Shown: piece by piece, positions 1 through 10,672 of the stretch
How the letters are laid out: each line of letters begins with the position of its first letter
Numbering within the stretch: the stretch's first letter is position 1
Assembly: GCA_965220765.1 (NCBI GenBank)
Contig: OZ244847.1
Coordinates: 640,646-704,645, forward strand
Source of the DNA: Candidatus Latescibacterota bacterium
Lineage (GTDB): Bacteria; Latescibacterota; UBA2968
Length of the DNA: 64,000 nt
Direction of reading: 5' to 3'
Notes under the pieces: generated by a model
What the model saw: only the letters and a program-made list of their open reading frames with translations
Databases searched by the model: none
Told to the model about the DNA's origin: nothing
Made by a program: the position numbers and the translations under genes

Positions 1-29
1 CTGTCGGTCGGTCGGGGTCCGTCAACCCC

Positions 30-3000
30 TTAGTACGTGTAGTCATTCCTGTTGGTTGGACTCGTTCGGTCTTTCTGATTAAATAGATTGCGTATATCCA
101 GGAAGACCGAGGTCTGAACCCGGGACGTCATGGCAAAGGACCTTTCCAATGCCAGGTCTGTTCGAGAGTCCATAGCCAGTTCGCGGTAGGGCCGCACGCC
201 ACCTTCTGGCGGGCTATAGAGGAATAATCCTCCCGTTTCAACCCGCGTGACCAGATTGATGCGCGTATTGCGCAACACTTTGCTGACGATGGCACCACCC
301 CGTTCGTAATCGGCCGGGAAGGATGCCAGCATTGAGGCGGTTCCAAATTGCCGTCGATCTCCTCCGCGCGGTTTCAGGAATAGCTGGGTATAACCGCCAG
401 TGAGCAGGTAAACGCCCCTATCTTTGGTCGGTCCCTCGAGGGGGCGCAGGCCATCCCATTCGCCCGTACCCAGGGTCTTGCCATAAGCCTGATTCACAGT
501 AGCGGACTCGTATCGGCTATTGGCCCGCCCAGCAATCAGATCGATGTCTTCTTGCGACATCATCTTGGGCACTTCACTACCAGAGGAATGAGGCTCCCAT
601 TCTACCCACAAATCGGGAACCGGCACACCGAATTCGGGATGCGTATAGGCGATGTTGACGGCAGCTCTTCTGACACCTTCCTCATCCATGTAGATGTTGC
701 GTATCACGTTGCCGCGCTTGCCCGTGGTAAATGACGCCCACTGGTAGTTGTAGGACAAATTGAATGAGAAATTGTGGCTGAACCGCTTGCGCAATGCGAG
801 TTCTACTCCCCGCGTATCCCCATAAGCACCGTTGTCCAGGGTGCGGGAATAGCGAATGGAGCTGATGCGCGGTCCCTGCCAGGTTTCGTTGGGATAGTGG
901 GTGAATTGCTCGACCTCGGAGCGATAATAAGCCGTTAGTGCTATGGTATAGTCCGAGACAAAGTTCCAGTCTGCACCCACTTCAAATGCCGTGGTTTTGG
1001 CGGGGCGCAACAGGTGCGTGCCGTTTCGACCGCTATAAGTCGTTTCCAGGTTGTTGTAGCGTTCTGTATCGTCAATGCGGCCGTTGCCGTTGACATCTCT
1101 GTCTTCGGCTTTGCCGGCTACCCAGAAGTCTTCGCCAAAGTAGAACCACAGGTCGGCCCATTGCAGGTAAACACCCGACGAGAACCGGAACTGCGCCCGT
1201 TCGGTTATGGGATGCGAAATCCCGATGCGGGGGCTAAATACCACGTGCCAGGGGGCTTGTGTTGACCAGATCGATCCTTCATTATAGGCGTAATCTCGCG
1301 CCAGAGTGGGTCTGCGGAACATTTCGGAACCGCGGGCACTACCGTGCGTTATTCTGCGGGCATTGGGATTGAAGGCATCCATGCGCAGGCCCAGGTTCAC
1401 GATCATGCCCTCAAATTCCATCTTGTCCTGCACGTAAGCATTGATGGAATACGGCTTGACGCCTTCCTCTCCGAATCGACCTTCATCTGCCACAAACATC
1501 AGGTGTCGATCTGCAGGGGTGGCATTGGCGATGATCATCATCATGATGTCCCGGCGCATAAATTCAATACCGCCCTTGAGCAGGTGGCCCTTTGTCACCT
1601 GAGAGGTCATATCGACCTTCAGGCCCAGGCGGTTGCGGTCTGCCACTTTCCAGCGGGCGGCTGTTCGTCCGGTGTTAAACCAGTTGGCGTCGCCCGTGTT
1701 GTTGACCGTTGTTGCGTGATATACGCCGCTGGTATCTGTTAATGAGCGGCTGCGCGAGATGCGCACTTCGTAAAATGTTTTGGGCGAGAGTGTGTGGGTC
1801 GCGACCAGATATTGCACCTCTTCGCTTTCCATGCGTTTTCCAGCCCCGGACCAATCTGGCGGCAAAAACAGATCCCGACCACCGTTGCCCAGACCCCGAT
1901 GCAAGCCCGGAAGCGAATCTGCCGTGCGGATATAGGGATCGGCCACGCCGTCTGACCAGTATTCGTATCCCTGGTAAAGCCCGCCCAATTTGAGCTTCAA
2001 GTTAGGGCTTGGTCTAAAGGTGAAACTGCCGGAGAGCGTCAGGTTGTCTGGACCCGTGGGGACAAATCTGTTGGTATCGTTGTAAAATCCCGTCTGTTTG
2101 GATCCCGGATAGCGATTGGCTAAACGGCCGTGTTTTGCCGTGGCGACAAAGGAGACATTGGTGCCAATGGGACCCGAGAGATTTGCCTCTGCATCCCAAC
2201 CGCTGACCTCTGTGTAGTCCTCTCGGATATGCAGGGGTTCGCCAGCTAATTCTGTCAGTGTCTGGTTGTCCAAACCGAGATCGGGACGCCGTTCCGTCAG
2301 CCAGTTGGGATTGTCCCACTGCATTTTGTCCTGATGTTGTGGGGCGTCATAGACATTCATGCCCCAGTGCTTTTTCCCGGCAGGCTCATAGCGAAATTCG
2401 CCCCAGCCATTGTACTGATTGCCGCCGTCTTTTGTGACGATTTGGACCACACCGGCCTGTGCATTGCCAAACTCGGCGGGTGTTACGCCGGTGAGTACGG
2501 ACAATTCTTGAATTGCTCCGCGATTCACGGTTTTGAACTGCCCGCCAGCACCGCGGCCATCATTGTAGTTTATCCGTATGCCATCGACCATATAGGCCAC
2601 GTCGCTGCCCCATACAACATCGCTGTAACCGGATCCGGGACCGCCGACCCGGCTGCCGCGCAAGCGGTTGCTACCATCTACGGACACACCGGGCTGCAAT
2701 TGCAAAAGCTCGGATGTGTTTCGCACGATGCTCAAAAGGCGTTCGGTTTCTTCGACGGTTACGGTGTACTTACTCGTGGTCTTGTCCGGTTCCACGAGTG
2801 GACGGTCGGCAACGACGACCAGTTCGCCGAGTTCTACAGCGGCTTCTTTGAGCGAGAAATTCACGGTGACGGTCTGATCGGCGATGATCAGTACGTCTTG
2901 AACCTGGACGGTCTCATAACCGACGAGAGAGCCGGTGAGGGTAACGCGCCCCGGGTCTGCCTGGATAATTGCGTAGTACCCATCGGCATCGGTAACCGAG

Positions 3001-3167
3001 CCGCGCTGAGTGCCTTTGATCACTACATTGGCTCCCGGCAGTGGTTGTCCGGTGTTGTCTCGCACAACCCCGTTGATTTTACCCGTGCTGCCCGCCCACA
3101 GGTCGCCGGTTCCAGCAATCAGGAAACCAACAATCAGGAAACTGAAAAACAACAGTCTGTGCTTCAT
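30..3167 (-). CDS. TonB-dependent outer-membrane receptor with N-terminal carboxypeptidase-regulatory-like (CarbopepD_reg) domain
   Basis: 1045 aa. N-terminal signal peptide (MKHRLLFFSFLIVGFLIAG). A GxVxDxxGxPLPGANV motif typical of the CarbopepD_reg domain. Long beta-rich body ending in an aromatic residue (..NDYTY), as in TonB-dependent receptors. Confidence 0.8.
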   Translation of the reverse strand: MKHRLLFFSFLIVGFLIAGTGDLWAGSTGKINGVVRDNTGQPLPGANVVIKGTQRGSVTDADGYYAIIQADPGRVTLTGSLVGYETVQVQDVLIIADQTVTVNFSLKEAAVELGELVVVADRPLVEPDKTTSKYTVTVEETERLLSIVRNTSELLQLQPGVSVDGSNRLRGSRVGGPGSGYSDVVWGSDVAYMVDGIRINYNDGRGAGGQFKTVNRGAIQELSVLTGVTPAEFGNAQAGVVQIVTKDGGNQYNGWGEFRYEPAGKKHWGMNVYDAPQHQDKMQWDNPNWLTERRPDLGLDNQTLTELAGEPLHIREDYTEVSGWDAEANLSGPIGTNVSFVATAKHGRLANRYPGSKQTGFYNDTNRFVPTGPDNLTLSGSFTFRPSPNLKLKLGGLYQGYEYWSDGVADPYIRTADSLPGLHRGLGNGGRDLFLPPDWSGAGKRMESEEVQYLVATHTLSPKTFYEVRISRSRSLTDTSGVYHATTVNNTGDANWFNTGRTAARWKVADRNRLGLKVDMTSQVTKGHLLKGGIEFMRRDIMMMIIANATPADRHLMFVADEGRFGEEGVKPYSINAYVQDKMEFEGMIVNLGLRMDAFNPNARRITHGSARGSEMFRRPTLARDYAYNEGSIWSTQAPWHVVFSPRIGISHPITERAQFRFSSGVYLQWADLWFYFGEDFWVAGKAEDRDVNGNGRIDDTERYNNLETTYSGRNGTHLLRPAKTTAFEVGADWNFVSDYTIALTAYYRSEVEQFTHYPNETWQGPRISSIRYSRTLDNGAYGDTRGVELALRKRFSHNFSFNLSYNYQWASFTTGKRGNVIRNIYMDEEGVRRAAVNIAYTHPEFGVPVPDLWVEWEPHSSGSEVPKMMSQEDIDLIAGRANSRYESATVNQAYGKTLGTGEWDGLRPLEGPTKDRGVYLLTGGYTQLFLKPRGGDRRQFGTASMLASFPADYERGGAIVSKVLRNTRINLVTRVETGGLFLYSPPEGGVRPYRELAMDSRTDLALERSFAMTSRVQTSVFLDIRNLFNQKDRTSPTNRNDYTY

Positions 3168-3195
3168 AGCACGACCTCCTTAAAGGGTGAATGGG

Positions 3196-3909
3196 TTAAC
3201 GCCAGAAATAAAACTTAACTCCGGCTCCTATATCGAAGAACATTAACGGGCGAGTGCGTTCCAGGTCGTAAAAGAGCATGGGTCTCAATTCTCCCACGAC
3301 AAAGTTTAGGCGCCCGCGTACATCCAGACTGATATTATCGGTGATAAATGCCTCCATACCCGCACCAGTGGTCAGCGCAATGGTGGTGCGTTTGTCGATT
3401 TGCGGATCCATTACGGTGTTTAAGTCGATAGGATCGCTGGTTTGAGCTGGCCATACGAGGTTGCTGTTTTCGGCGTTATAACGAAAAAAACCACCACCGA
3501 GAGCTATGTAATGGCGATAGTCTTTTGCCCGAAATCCATGCTGCCGGTTCTCTTCGCCCACAAAGACGAGCGCGTTCACAGCTACGCTGTTGAAGGTCAT
3601 TGTCGATGAGGCGTTGGGGCTGGTGTATTCCTGACCGTCAATTGGATATACAAACGATTTGGTCGCGAGTTTTCCGTTGTCGAATTTGGAATAGTGATAT
3701 TCCACTTCAACAGTTACCAGTTCGCTCGCAACATAGTTCACGTTCAAGCCGTATTTTCCCGCTTGATCATAACGGTCTCGCAAATTGGACAAGGGTACGT
3801 GGTAATTGGCAAATCCACCGAGGCCCCATCCGTTCTGCTGGGCAAATAAATCACCCGATACAAGCACCAGTAATACGCTTGCAAGAAAAGAAGTCAACGT
3901 GCGTGTCAT
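3196..3909 (-). CDS. outer-membrane beta-barrel protein (OmpA/OmpW-like fold)
   Basis: 237 aa. Signal peptide ending AQQ, alternating amphipathic beta strands, C-terminal ..KFYFWR aromatic terminus. Confidence 0.55.
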   Translation of the reverse strand: MTRTLTSFLASVLLVLVSGDLFAQQNGWGLGGFANYHVPLSNLRDRYDQAGKYGLNVNYVASELVTVEVEYHYSKFDNGKLATKSFVYPIDGQEYTSPNASSTMTFNSVAVNALVFVGEENRQHGFRAKDYRHYIALGGGFFRYNAENSNLVWPAQTSDPIDLNTVMDPQIDKRTTIALTTGAGMEAFITDNISLDVRGRLNFVVGELRPMLFYDLERTRPLMFFDIGAGVKFYFWR

Positions 3910-4220
3910 AAACTCTCCTTTCTACAGCTTAAAACTGCAGTGATGCACTTCTCTGTTACATGTTGACGAGATACTGAGTGTGCTAACCCGGTTGTTTCAG
4001 TGCATTGGCCTCACCCCATTCCTGTTTTTTAGAAGTACTAATAATAAGTAAAAATAAATTTTAAAAATTCTAAAAAACAATAAGTTATATATGATAGCTC
4101 TATTGATATAGACATGTCAAGCCCTTTTTGATTCGGTTGTAAACTTTTGTAAAAAAAATCTCAAATCCCGTTGCGCGCTATCAGGACGTCAATTTGTCGA
4201 ACAAATTTTTCACTTCTTTG

Positions 4221-4994
4221 TTACTCCGGCAATCCCACGATCAATTCCTTTGATGTCAGAGAGTAGTGTCCGAACATTTCCAGGAAGAGTACGGCGCCCC
4301 GCGTTTGTCCGAGGTTTTCGTGCGTTTCAAATGATTCCATTCCCGTGGTGCAGTCCCGCAGGAGGATGATTTCATATCCTCGGCGACCCATTGCGAGGGT
4401 TCCGTAGTCTCTCATCAATATGCAGGCGTTGGTGTTGAAGCCGAGGTAGAAGAGGAAGAGGATGCCCTGTTGTTTGCACCAGCGGTGGAGTTCTTCGCCC
4501 GTGGAGATGACGGCTTCTTTGCCTTCGACCTGTACGAGGGGATGCATTGCGAGTCTGGCGCGGGTTTCGGTGAGTTCTGCTTCGCGCGGTTCTACGGGGC
4601 GCGCATAGCGTTCATATATTCCCGTTTTGCTGCGGAATTCTGAGGGGGGCCAGTTGTTTTTGGCGTTGGTGGATACGTCTCCTTTTTCGATCAGGTTCAC
4701 CCAGGATGGATGCGCTTCGGCCAGTCGCGGTGCCGGGGCGTGAACGATGGGCATTTCCGCTTTTCTGCAGGCGCTCAGGAGGGGGACTATTTTGTTTCTT
4801 ACGATTTCCTCAGATCGAGCTTGCGTGTCTTTCAGGTAGTGATGCGACCAGATATCGACGAGTACGAGCGCTGTTTGCGCTATCGGGATTTTCCAGTTGA
4901 GGTGGGCATAGCTCGTGTTCTTTTCGATCCAGACGACGCCTTTGTCAACGTGCCAGCGGTAGTAGCGAGGGGCGATGGTTATTTTGTTTTTCAT
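4221..4994 (-). CDS. isochorismatase-family (cysteine) hydrolase
   Basis: 257 aa. LVLVDIWSHHY motif resembles the isochorismatase ALLVIDMQNDF region. GFNTNACI contains the conserved catalytic Cys context. Confidence 0.6.
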   Translation of the reverse strand: MKNKITIAPRYYRWHVDKGVVWIEKNTSYAHLNWKIPIAQTALVLVDIWSHHYLKDTQARSEEIVRNKIVPLLSACRKAEMPIVHAPAPRLAEAHPSWVNLIEKGDVSTNAKNNWPPSEFRSKTGIYERYARPVEPREAELTETRARLAMHPLVQVEGKEAVISTGEELHRWCKQQGILFLFYLGFNTNACILMRDYGTLAMGRRGYEIILLRDCTTGMESFETHENLGQTRGAVLFLEMFGHYSLTSKELIVGLPE

Positions 4995-5004
4995 GTGTTC
5001 TCCT

Positions 5005-7416
5005 TCACGCTATGCGCCTGCTTTCTCCATGGCCAATGGTGTGCGTGCCGTCTTCTCCTGCGACTTTTACTTCTGTATGTTCGGAACTGGAGACGTAAAG
5101 TGCTCCGTCGGGGATGGCGTCTATCCGGGCGTTGCCTTCTATGGTCAGTATTCGGGCCGCGCGGAGCAGGCAGGCTGATTCGCCGCCGATGGAGATGCGG
5201 TAGTGTGCGCGGTTTCCATGTGTTTCGAGGATGGCGCCGGGGAAGATTGGCAATGGGTCGGTTCTGTTTGTGGTGAAAGTGCATATTTGTTGTGTGGGAC
5301 CGAAGTTTGCGGCGGCGAGATATCCTTCGGCTATGAGGCCAACGCTGTTTTCCGATGCGGTCAGTATTTCGAGGGCGGTGTCGGGTGTGTCGGTGGCGTT
5401 TTGTTCGGGGATGAGCAGGGCGGTGAGACGGCCCGCTTCTTCGCCCGCACGAAGGGGTTTTTCACCCGATAGTCGGGAGAGTGTGAGGTCGTCGGCTATG
5501 GCGCGGTAGGGGTTGAAGTAGTGCCGGTTGTGATAGACTGTGTCGCCGGTTCCGGTATAGTGTATGCCCAGACGGTTGTCTATGTTGAGATGGGGGGGAT
5601 GGCCCAGGTTGTCGATTATGTCGTCGGATTCCAATTCGCCGTGCCAGCCTGCGTACCGGGTCTCGCCGTCGGGGCGATATAGTACGCGCTCGCCGCGACA
5701 GTTGGGCGTCATGTGTAAGAAGTGTTCGTTGGTGATGCGCAAGAATCCCTGGTTGAGTTCTTCTAATACGAGGTCTTCCTGGGCAGTGAATTTTTCAAAT
5801 GATAGGGCGCGTCCGTCTGGCAGGCTGGCAAAGAGTACGTGCTGTCGCAGGGATTCCTGGCAGCGGTCTATGACGAGGGCGGCGGCAAAGCTGTCGTCGT
5901 ATTCGGCAACGCGCACGGTTTTGAGGCGGTGGCTGTCAGGGCGATTTTGCACGATGGGGGTGCCGAGCCATGTGTCTGAACACGGGGCGATGGTGTAGAT
6001 GCCTTCTCGCGTGAGGGGCAGGGCCATGATTGAGTTGCGCCAGGCAAATGAGGTTTGTCCGTGCGGATGTCTGTGGTGTACAAATCCCGCGTGGGGAAAG
6101 TGGCGTATGCCCGAGAGACGCGATTCCATTTCTTCTGTGGGTGAAGGCGATGGGGCTGGTCCAAAGAGGCGATGGAGGAGGTACAGGTCGGCGACGCCCG
6201 AGATCGAGACTTCGCGCATGATCATGGGGTCTTGTTGGTCGTGAGCTTTCTGGGCGAGTTCCTGGTCGTACATCCGTCCTCCATTTCCGCGCTGGCGGTG
6301 TTCGGCATGTTCCAGTCCCAGATGTTCCAGGGCTGCGGCGTCCGCGTCGTCAAAAAATAAGGCGGCAATCGCGTGTGCCGAAATGGTTGAGAGTATGTGT
6401 AGATAATGCCAGTCCATGCCCTGAACGGCCTGGGCATATCCGCCGCCGTCGGTGAGTGCTTTGAGGTTTTCGTACACGCGCTGTTTGTTCCAGAAGAGTT
6501 CTGGCGGTAGTTCACGTCCCCAGAGCTGGTATAGACAGCCGACGCTTATGAGGGGAGAGAGGCCAGATGCCGTGTAACTGGGGTGTACCATGCCGTGGTT
6601 TTCCGCGAGATAATCGGGTAGTGCTGTGAAGATTTTTGCGGTCAGGGTTCGCGCGGTTTCGTCTCCTACGAGGCCGAGGTCTTTGGTGTCTTGCGGCGCG
6701 GCGCAGGTAGAGAACATCCATCTGCGGGCGGTTGCTTCCCAGGCTGCGGCGTCCGCGTGTTCGGATAGGAAGAGGAAACAGGAGGTGAGTCCGTGAGAGG
6801 TCCAGGCGTTTTCTTCCATTTGGGTGTCTGTATAGACGCCGCTTTTGGGGGCCATGGCTCCGAATCGCGCGGCGTAGTCTTCGTGTACGCGGGCGACCAT
6901 CATCCAGGTTTCTCGGTCGATCCATTCCCGCAGTAGCAGACAGATACGCGCCAGGCCAGCAACGGTGCTGCCACACTGGCTTTCTCGGAAGAAGCCTTTG
7001 CCCCGTTCTCCCCATTTGGTGCCGCAGTTTTCCGGACGGCCCAGTCCTTCTGATGGTCGCACGCAGTCTTCGGGACCAGAGTCGTGTGTGTAACAGAGGT
7101 AGCGCACGCCTTTGATCGCCATTTCCCGCAGGGTGTCGCGGGATACGCCCGTGGATGTTTCGTCGTATTCTGGAGATGTGCTGACATAGGCAAAGGTTTC
7201 GGCACAGCTAATGGTTTCGATTCCGTACCAGTGACATCCGCCGAAGAAATGCCCGCAGTTGGGGCGGTCGGGCCAGTCGGCAAAGTACGCGATGCCGGTT
7301 GGTATCCACTGTTCGATCATCCGAAGATAACGGCGACTCATTTCGTTTTCAGTGTCGGGAAGGTGCGGATGCTGCAGGTCTGTGGTGTCGGTTATGCGTA
7401 CCATTTTGTTCTCCAT
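5005..7416 (-). CDS. large cytoplasmic alpha/alpha-toroid-like protein, possibly heparinase II/III-like polysaccharide lyase family
   Basis: 803 aa, no signal peptide. Directly downstream of and co-directional with the clearer heparinase II/III-like gene. Weak motif evidence only. Confidence 0.35.
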   Translation of the reverse strand: MENKMVRITDTTDLQHPHLPDTENEMSRRYLRMIEQWIPTGIAYFADWPDRPNCGHFFGGCHWYGIETISCAETFAYVSTSPEYDETSTGVSRDTLREMAIKGVRYLCYTHDSGPEDCVRPSEGLGRPENCGTKWGERGKGFFRESQCGSTVAGLARICLLLREWIDRETWMMVARVHEDYAARFGAMAPKSGVYTDTQMEENAWTSHGLTSCFLFLSEHADAAAWEATARRWMFSTCAAPQDTKDLGLVGDETARTLTAKIFTALPDYLAENHGMVHPSYTASGLSPLISVGCLYQLWGRELPPELFWNKQRVYENLKALTDGGGYAQAVQGMDWHYLHILSTISAHAIAALFFDDADAAALEHLGLEHAEHRQRGNGGRMYDQELAQKAHDQQDPMIMREVSISGVADLYLLHRLFGPAPSPSPTEEMESRLSGIRHFPHAGFVHHRHPHGQTSFAWRNSIMALPLTREGIYTIAPCSDTWLGTPIVQNRPDSHRLKTVRVAEYDDSFAAALVIDRCQESLRQHVLFASLPDGRALSFEKFTAQEDLVLEELNQGFLRITNEHFLHMTPNCRGERVLYRPDGETRYAGWHGELESDDIIDNLGHPPHLNIDNRLGIHYTGTGDTVYHNRHYFNPYRAIADDLTLSRLSGEKPLRAGEEAGRLTALLIPEQNATDTPDTALEILTASENSVGLIAEGYLAAANFGPTQQICTFTTNRTDPLPIFPGAILETHGNRAHYRISIGGESACLLRAARILTIEGNARIDAIPDGALYVSSSEHTEVKVAGEDGTHTIGHGESRRIA

Positions 7417-7525
7417 GGATAATAAGCGGTCAGTGGTTAGTAGCCAGCGATCTCAGCGATCAATCCCATCCATCGTCATTGCGGCACGCTTAAAGCCGCA
7501 ATCCAGAAGGTTTTGTTTTTAGCCG

Positions 7526-10500
7526 TCAGCGATCAGTTTTCCATTCATAATCAATGGTCGCACATAAGGTCTCGATTTCGCCGTTGGCAATGTGAAGGTG
7601 AATTGCGTTTTGTATTTCGCACGGGTCGCCTGTAGAAAGATCATAAATAAAGCCTTTTGTGTAATCCTCGCGGGATACGAGTCCTCGGATAAAGGAGGTG
7701 TCGCCTACTTCTACGCGGACTTTGTTTTTTTTTATGGGCGATATGTCGGTGATGGTGTAACAGGCGTCCCGGATGCCGTCGTTTAAGATGCGTAGATGTG
7801 CGCCGATGAGGCGTTTGTCTGCGGGGAGATGGCCTTCTATTTCGACCCAGGCTGGGCCGGTTTCTTCGCGGTGAAAGTTCGTTATGGTGCCGAGGTGCGT
7901 TGGGGTGCTGATCCGCAGGGTTCCAGAGGGGGTGTTTACGTGGGTTCCGCCGACTATAAAGATGGATGTTTGTCCGTTGTCCCGGGATATGATTGCAAAT
8001 CGCCCTGCGGCTGCGATGTTTTCGTTCAGGTCGAATACGCGGTTCGGGTCGTCGGATGATAGTATCCAATCTGTTCGGCCTGTTCTGGTTGTTACCCTTA
8101 TAGCTGCTGCTGTCAGATCGTCTGGTTCTGTACCGAGGTCAATGCGGGTGGCGTCTGTTATATGAGCTTGGTTCTCTCGGTAAGGTTCTATGATGGAGGC
8201 AAAGAGGCTTTGCTCTGAGCCGGAGTTGTGTAATAGTACGTAGCGGATGCGCCGGGGGTTGCCGGGTTTATTTTGCGGGGGATCGCCCCATGATAGGGCC
8301 GCGTCTTCTACGTTGGATAGTACGCGGTAGTGCAGGTGCAGGGGTGTTTCACCGTGCTGAGTTTTCCAGGTGTCTGCGAGTTCCCAGTCTGCCCACCATC
8401 CGGCTGCGGGGTTCTCGGCGCGGTGAACGCCGTAGAGGTAGGCGAAACCACTGCCGCGGTAGCGTCCGTCATTGGGTCCGTCGTAGTGCTTGCCGAAGGG
8501 GATGGTTTCGCCCGCATACGTTCCTTTTTCTTGTGGGGTGAGGTCGATTCCGCGGGTGGTGACGTGGCCTTCTCCGGCGTGGAAACTCATGACGTGGTCG
8601 TTGCCGCCAGCTATGCGGAAGACGTCGATGAGGTAAGATTCGGTGGGCGATGTGTCGATCATTGCGAGGGTGCGCCGATAGTCCTGTACGTCGGGATAGA
8701 CTTCGGGGGATGCGATTTCGACGACGCCTATGCCCTGTGAGGCGGCAAAATATTGGCAGTGTCCTATCCAGTTCACTTCCTGTTGCTGCTGGTTTACCAT
8801 TACTGTGTTATGCGAGATGGTATTTGTTGTCCAGCCCGCTCGTTTGGGCCATTTGCTGTCGGCGTATTCGGGGTATCCCAGATCGGGCAATACGTCCATT
8901 CCGCGGTAGTACATGCCAAAGTTCAACCGGTCTTTGTGGCCGTGTCCTCCGTTGCGTCCGTAATATAACCAGGCCGCCCGCTGGTCTTCTCCTTTGCCAT
9001 GCCGGAATACGGTTAGTCCGTATCCGTTCAGGTTTTCGCTTTTTAGTTCTATTTCGCCGTGTTGTTTTACGATGTCGAGGACGGTTTTCTGGATTGCTTC
9101 GGGTTCGGTGTCGAAGATGGAGGTGTGTAGTCCGTCGGTGCTGTTTCCGTTGAGTTTGTACGCGAGGCGCGCGAGGTCGGTGTCGCCGAGCCGGGCGAAG
9201 GCGCTGATGACGGTTTCGAGATCTACGTTGACCATGCCTTCGCCTCCGGTGTTGCCGGTGTCGCCGATGTGAGGGGTGTAGCGGTCCAGTGCGGTGAGGC
9301 GATAGGGCGCGCCGTACATGCGTTTGAGGCGGGGATAGTCGCGGTATAGATCGAAATCTCGATATTTGTGACACCGATCCAGTATCCAGGCACAGCGGGC
9401 AAATGCGTTCATCCAGCCGAAGCAATAGCCGGGTGCTGCTTCGTTGCCAACGCCGTCTCGATCCACTTCTCCGATCAGGGTTGCCGGGATGTGTCCCCCA
9501 CCGGTGCCACGGGATCCTCCGGGTTCAAAGAGCCAGTCGAGTGCTTCGGGCGTTTCCTGTGGGTCGTCCAGTACTGCCGCCGCAGTGGCCATTGCGGTTT
9601 GGGTCATGCCTTCGTTGCCGCGGATGCGCCGGTCTCGACAGGAGCGTATGAATTCTCGCAGGAGTCCGCGTTCGATGTTTTCGCGGATGTGGGCAATGCT
9701 CGTTTTGGGGTGTCTGATCTGCCATTTTTCCGCTTGTGCGGATAGGAATTTGACGAGTTCACCGTCGTGTTCTATTCCTTTGGAGATCATGTCGCAGGAT
9801 AGGGATAGGGTTTCTGCCATACCATTTTCCCATATACAGCCTTTGATGCGGCCCATGCCCGTGCCGCCGTGGGAGTTGTAGAGGCCCAGGTCTGAATAGG
9901 GGGTTAAGTCCATGTCGGGATAGACGTCTGCTATGCGGTTGAGGATGATGGCGCCTTTGTGGGCATAAGCGGTGTCGCCCGTGTAGAGATACGCTTTGCC
10001 CAGGGCGAGTGCCGCTGCTGGCAATTCGGTCCAGGTGCAATAATGGCTGTAGTAGGCGATGAACCACCAGCGGTTTCCCATATCGTCGATCCAGCCCATG
10101 CCGTCATCTACTGCGAATTGGAGATCATTGGGGTGTTCGGCGTTGTATAGCAGGGATTCATCGGCGAGTTTGCGATCGAAGATACCACCGGGTCCCAGGC
10201 CGCTTTTGTAAAATGCCTCGAAGTCATTTTTGGGCCAGATTTGTCCGCACGACGGACATTCGAGTTTATAGGGGCGGTGCAGCGATACTTTCCAGGGGTA
10301 GTTGCCGAATGCATAGACGTCTCGGCCGCATTCGGGACAGCCGAGGTCGGGGTTGACGTGGATGCCGCGGGGGATGGTTTGTCCCGTGATCAGGTCCCAG
10401 ATTTCCTCGTCGCTTCGCGCCATATAGGGCGCACAGGTTTCGATTGCGGCGTCTCGCTCGGCTCTCGCCCAGGCGTAGCGTTGGATATTTCGCCGGGCAT

Positions 10501-10531
10501 TGCTTATTTCTTCGGGGGTGTACAATCCCAT
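7526..10531 (-). CDS. heparinase II/III-family protein with N-terminal CxxC...CxxC zinc-ribbon-like motif
   Basis: 1001 aa. C-terminal region GHGHKDRLNFGMYYRG...ISHNTVMV matches the Hepar_II_III signature (HxH.D ... HNT). N-terminal CPECG...CPSCG zinc-ribbon-like motif. No signal peptide. Confidence 0.6.
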   Translation of the reverse strand: MGLYTPEEISNARRNIQRYAWARAERDAAIETCAPYMARSDEEIWDLITGQTIPRGIHVNPDLGCPECGRDVYAFGNYPWKVSLHRPYKLECPSCGQIWPKNDFEAFYKSGLGPGGIFDRKLADESLLYNAEHPNDLQFAVDDGMGWIDDMGNRWWFIAYYSHYCTWTELPAAALALGKAYLYTGDTAYAHKGAIILNRIADVYPDMDLTPYSDLGLYNSHGGTGMGRIKGCIWENGMAETLSLSCDMISKGIEHDGELVKFLSAQAEKWQIRHPKTSIAHIRENIERGLLREFIRSCRDRRIRGNEGMTQTAMATAAAVLDDPQETPEALDWLFEPGGSRGTGGGHIPATLIGEVDRDGVGNEAAPGYCFGWMNAFARCAWILDRCHKYRDFDLYRDYPRLKRMYGAPYRLTALDRYTPHIGDTGNTGGEGMVNVDLETVISAFARLGDTDLARLAYKLNGNSTDGLHTSIFDTEPEAIQKTVLDIVKQHGEIELKSENLNGYGLTVFRHGKGEDQRAAWLYYGRNGGHGHKDRLNFGMYYRGMDVLPDLGYPEYADSKWPKRAGWTTNTISHNTVMVNQQQQEVNWIGHCQYFAASQGIGVVEIASPEVYPDVQDYRRTLAMIDTSPTESYLIDVFRIAGGNDHVMSFHAGEGHVTTRGIDLTPQEKGTYAGETIPFGKHYDGPNDGRYRGSGFAYLYGVHRAENPAAGWWADWELADTWKTQHGETPLHLHYRVLSNVEDAALSWGDPPQNKPGNPRRIRYVLLHNSGSEQSLFASIIEPYRENQAHITDATRIDLGTEPDDLTAAAIRVTTRTGRTDWILSSDDPNRVFDLNENIAAAGRFAIISRDNGQTSIFIVGGTHVNTPSGTLRISTPTHLGTITNFHREETGPAWVEIEGHLPADKRLIGAHLRILNDGIRDACYTITDISPIKKNKVRVEVGDTSFIRGLVSREDYTKGFIYDLSTGDPCEIQNAIHLHIANGEIETLCATIDYEWKTDR

Positions 10532-10672
10532 TGGGGTTCTCCTTATGACGACCAGCGATAAATTTTTGTGGCTTATCGCCGCTATGTGTGACTATATTAG
10601 CGTCGTTCAAACAGAAAGTTACATGACGTATTTTTAAATACAAGAAAAATTGAAATAGCTTCCGAAAACACT

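Noticed and set aside
5868-9425. Many 60-200-aa ORFs on both strands inside the heparinase-like genes (e.g. 8808..9425, 6512..7015)
   Set aside because: They are Arg/Pro-rich low-complexity translations overlapping long, well-supported genes. These are spurious ORFs typical of high-GC DNA.
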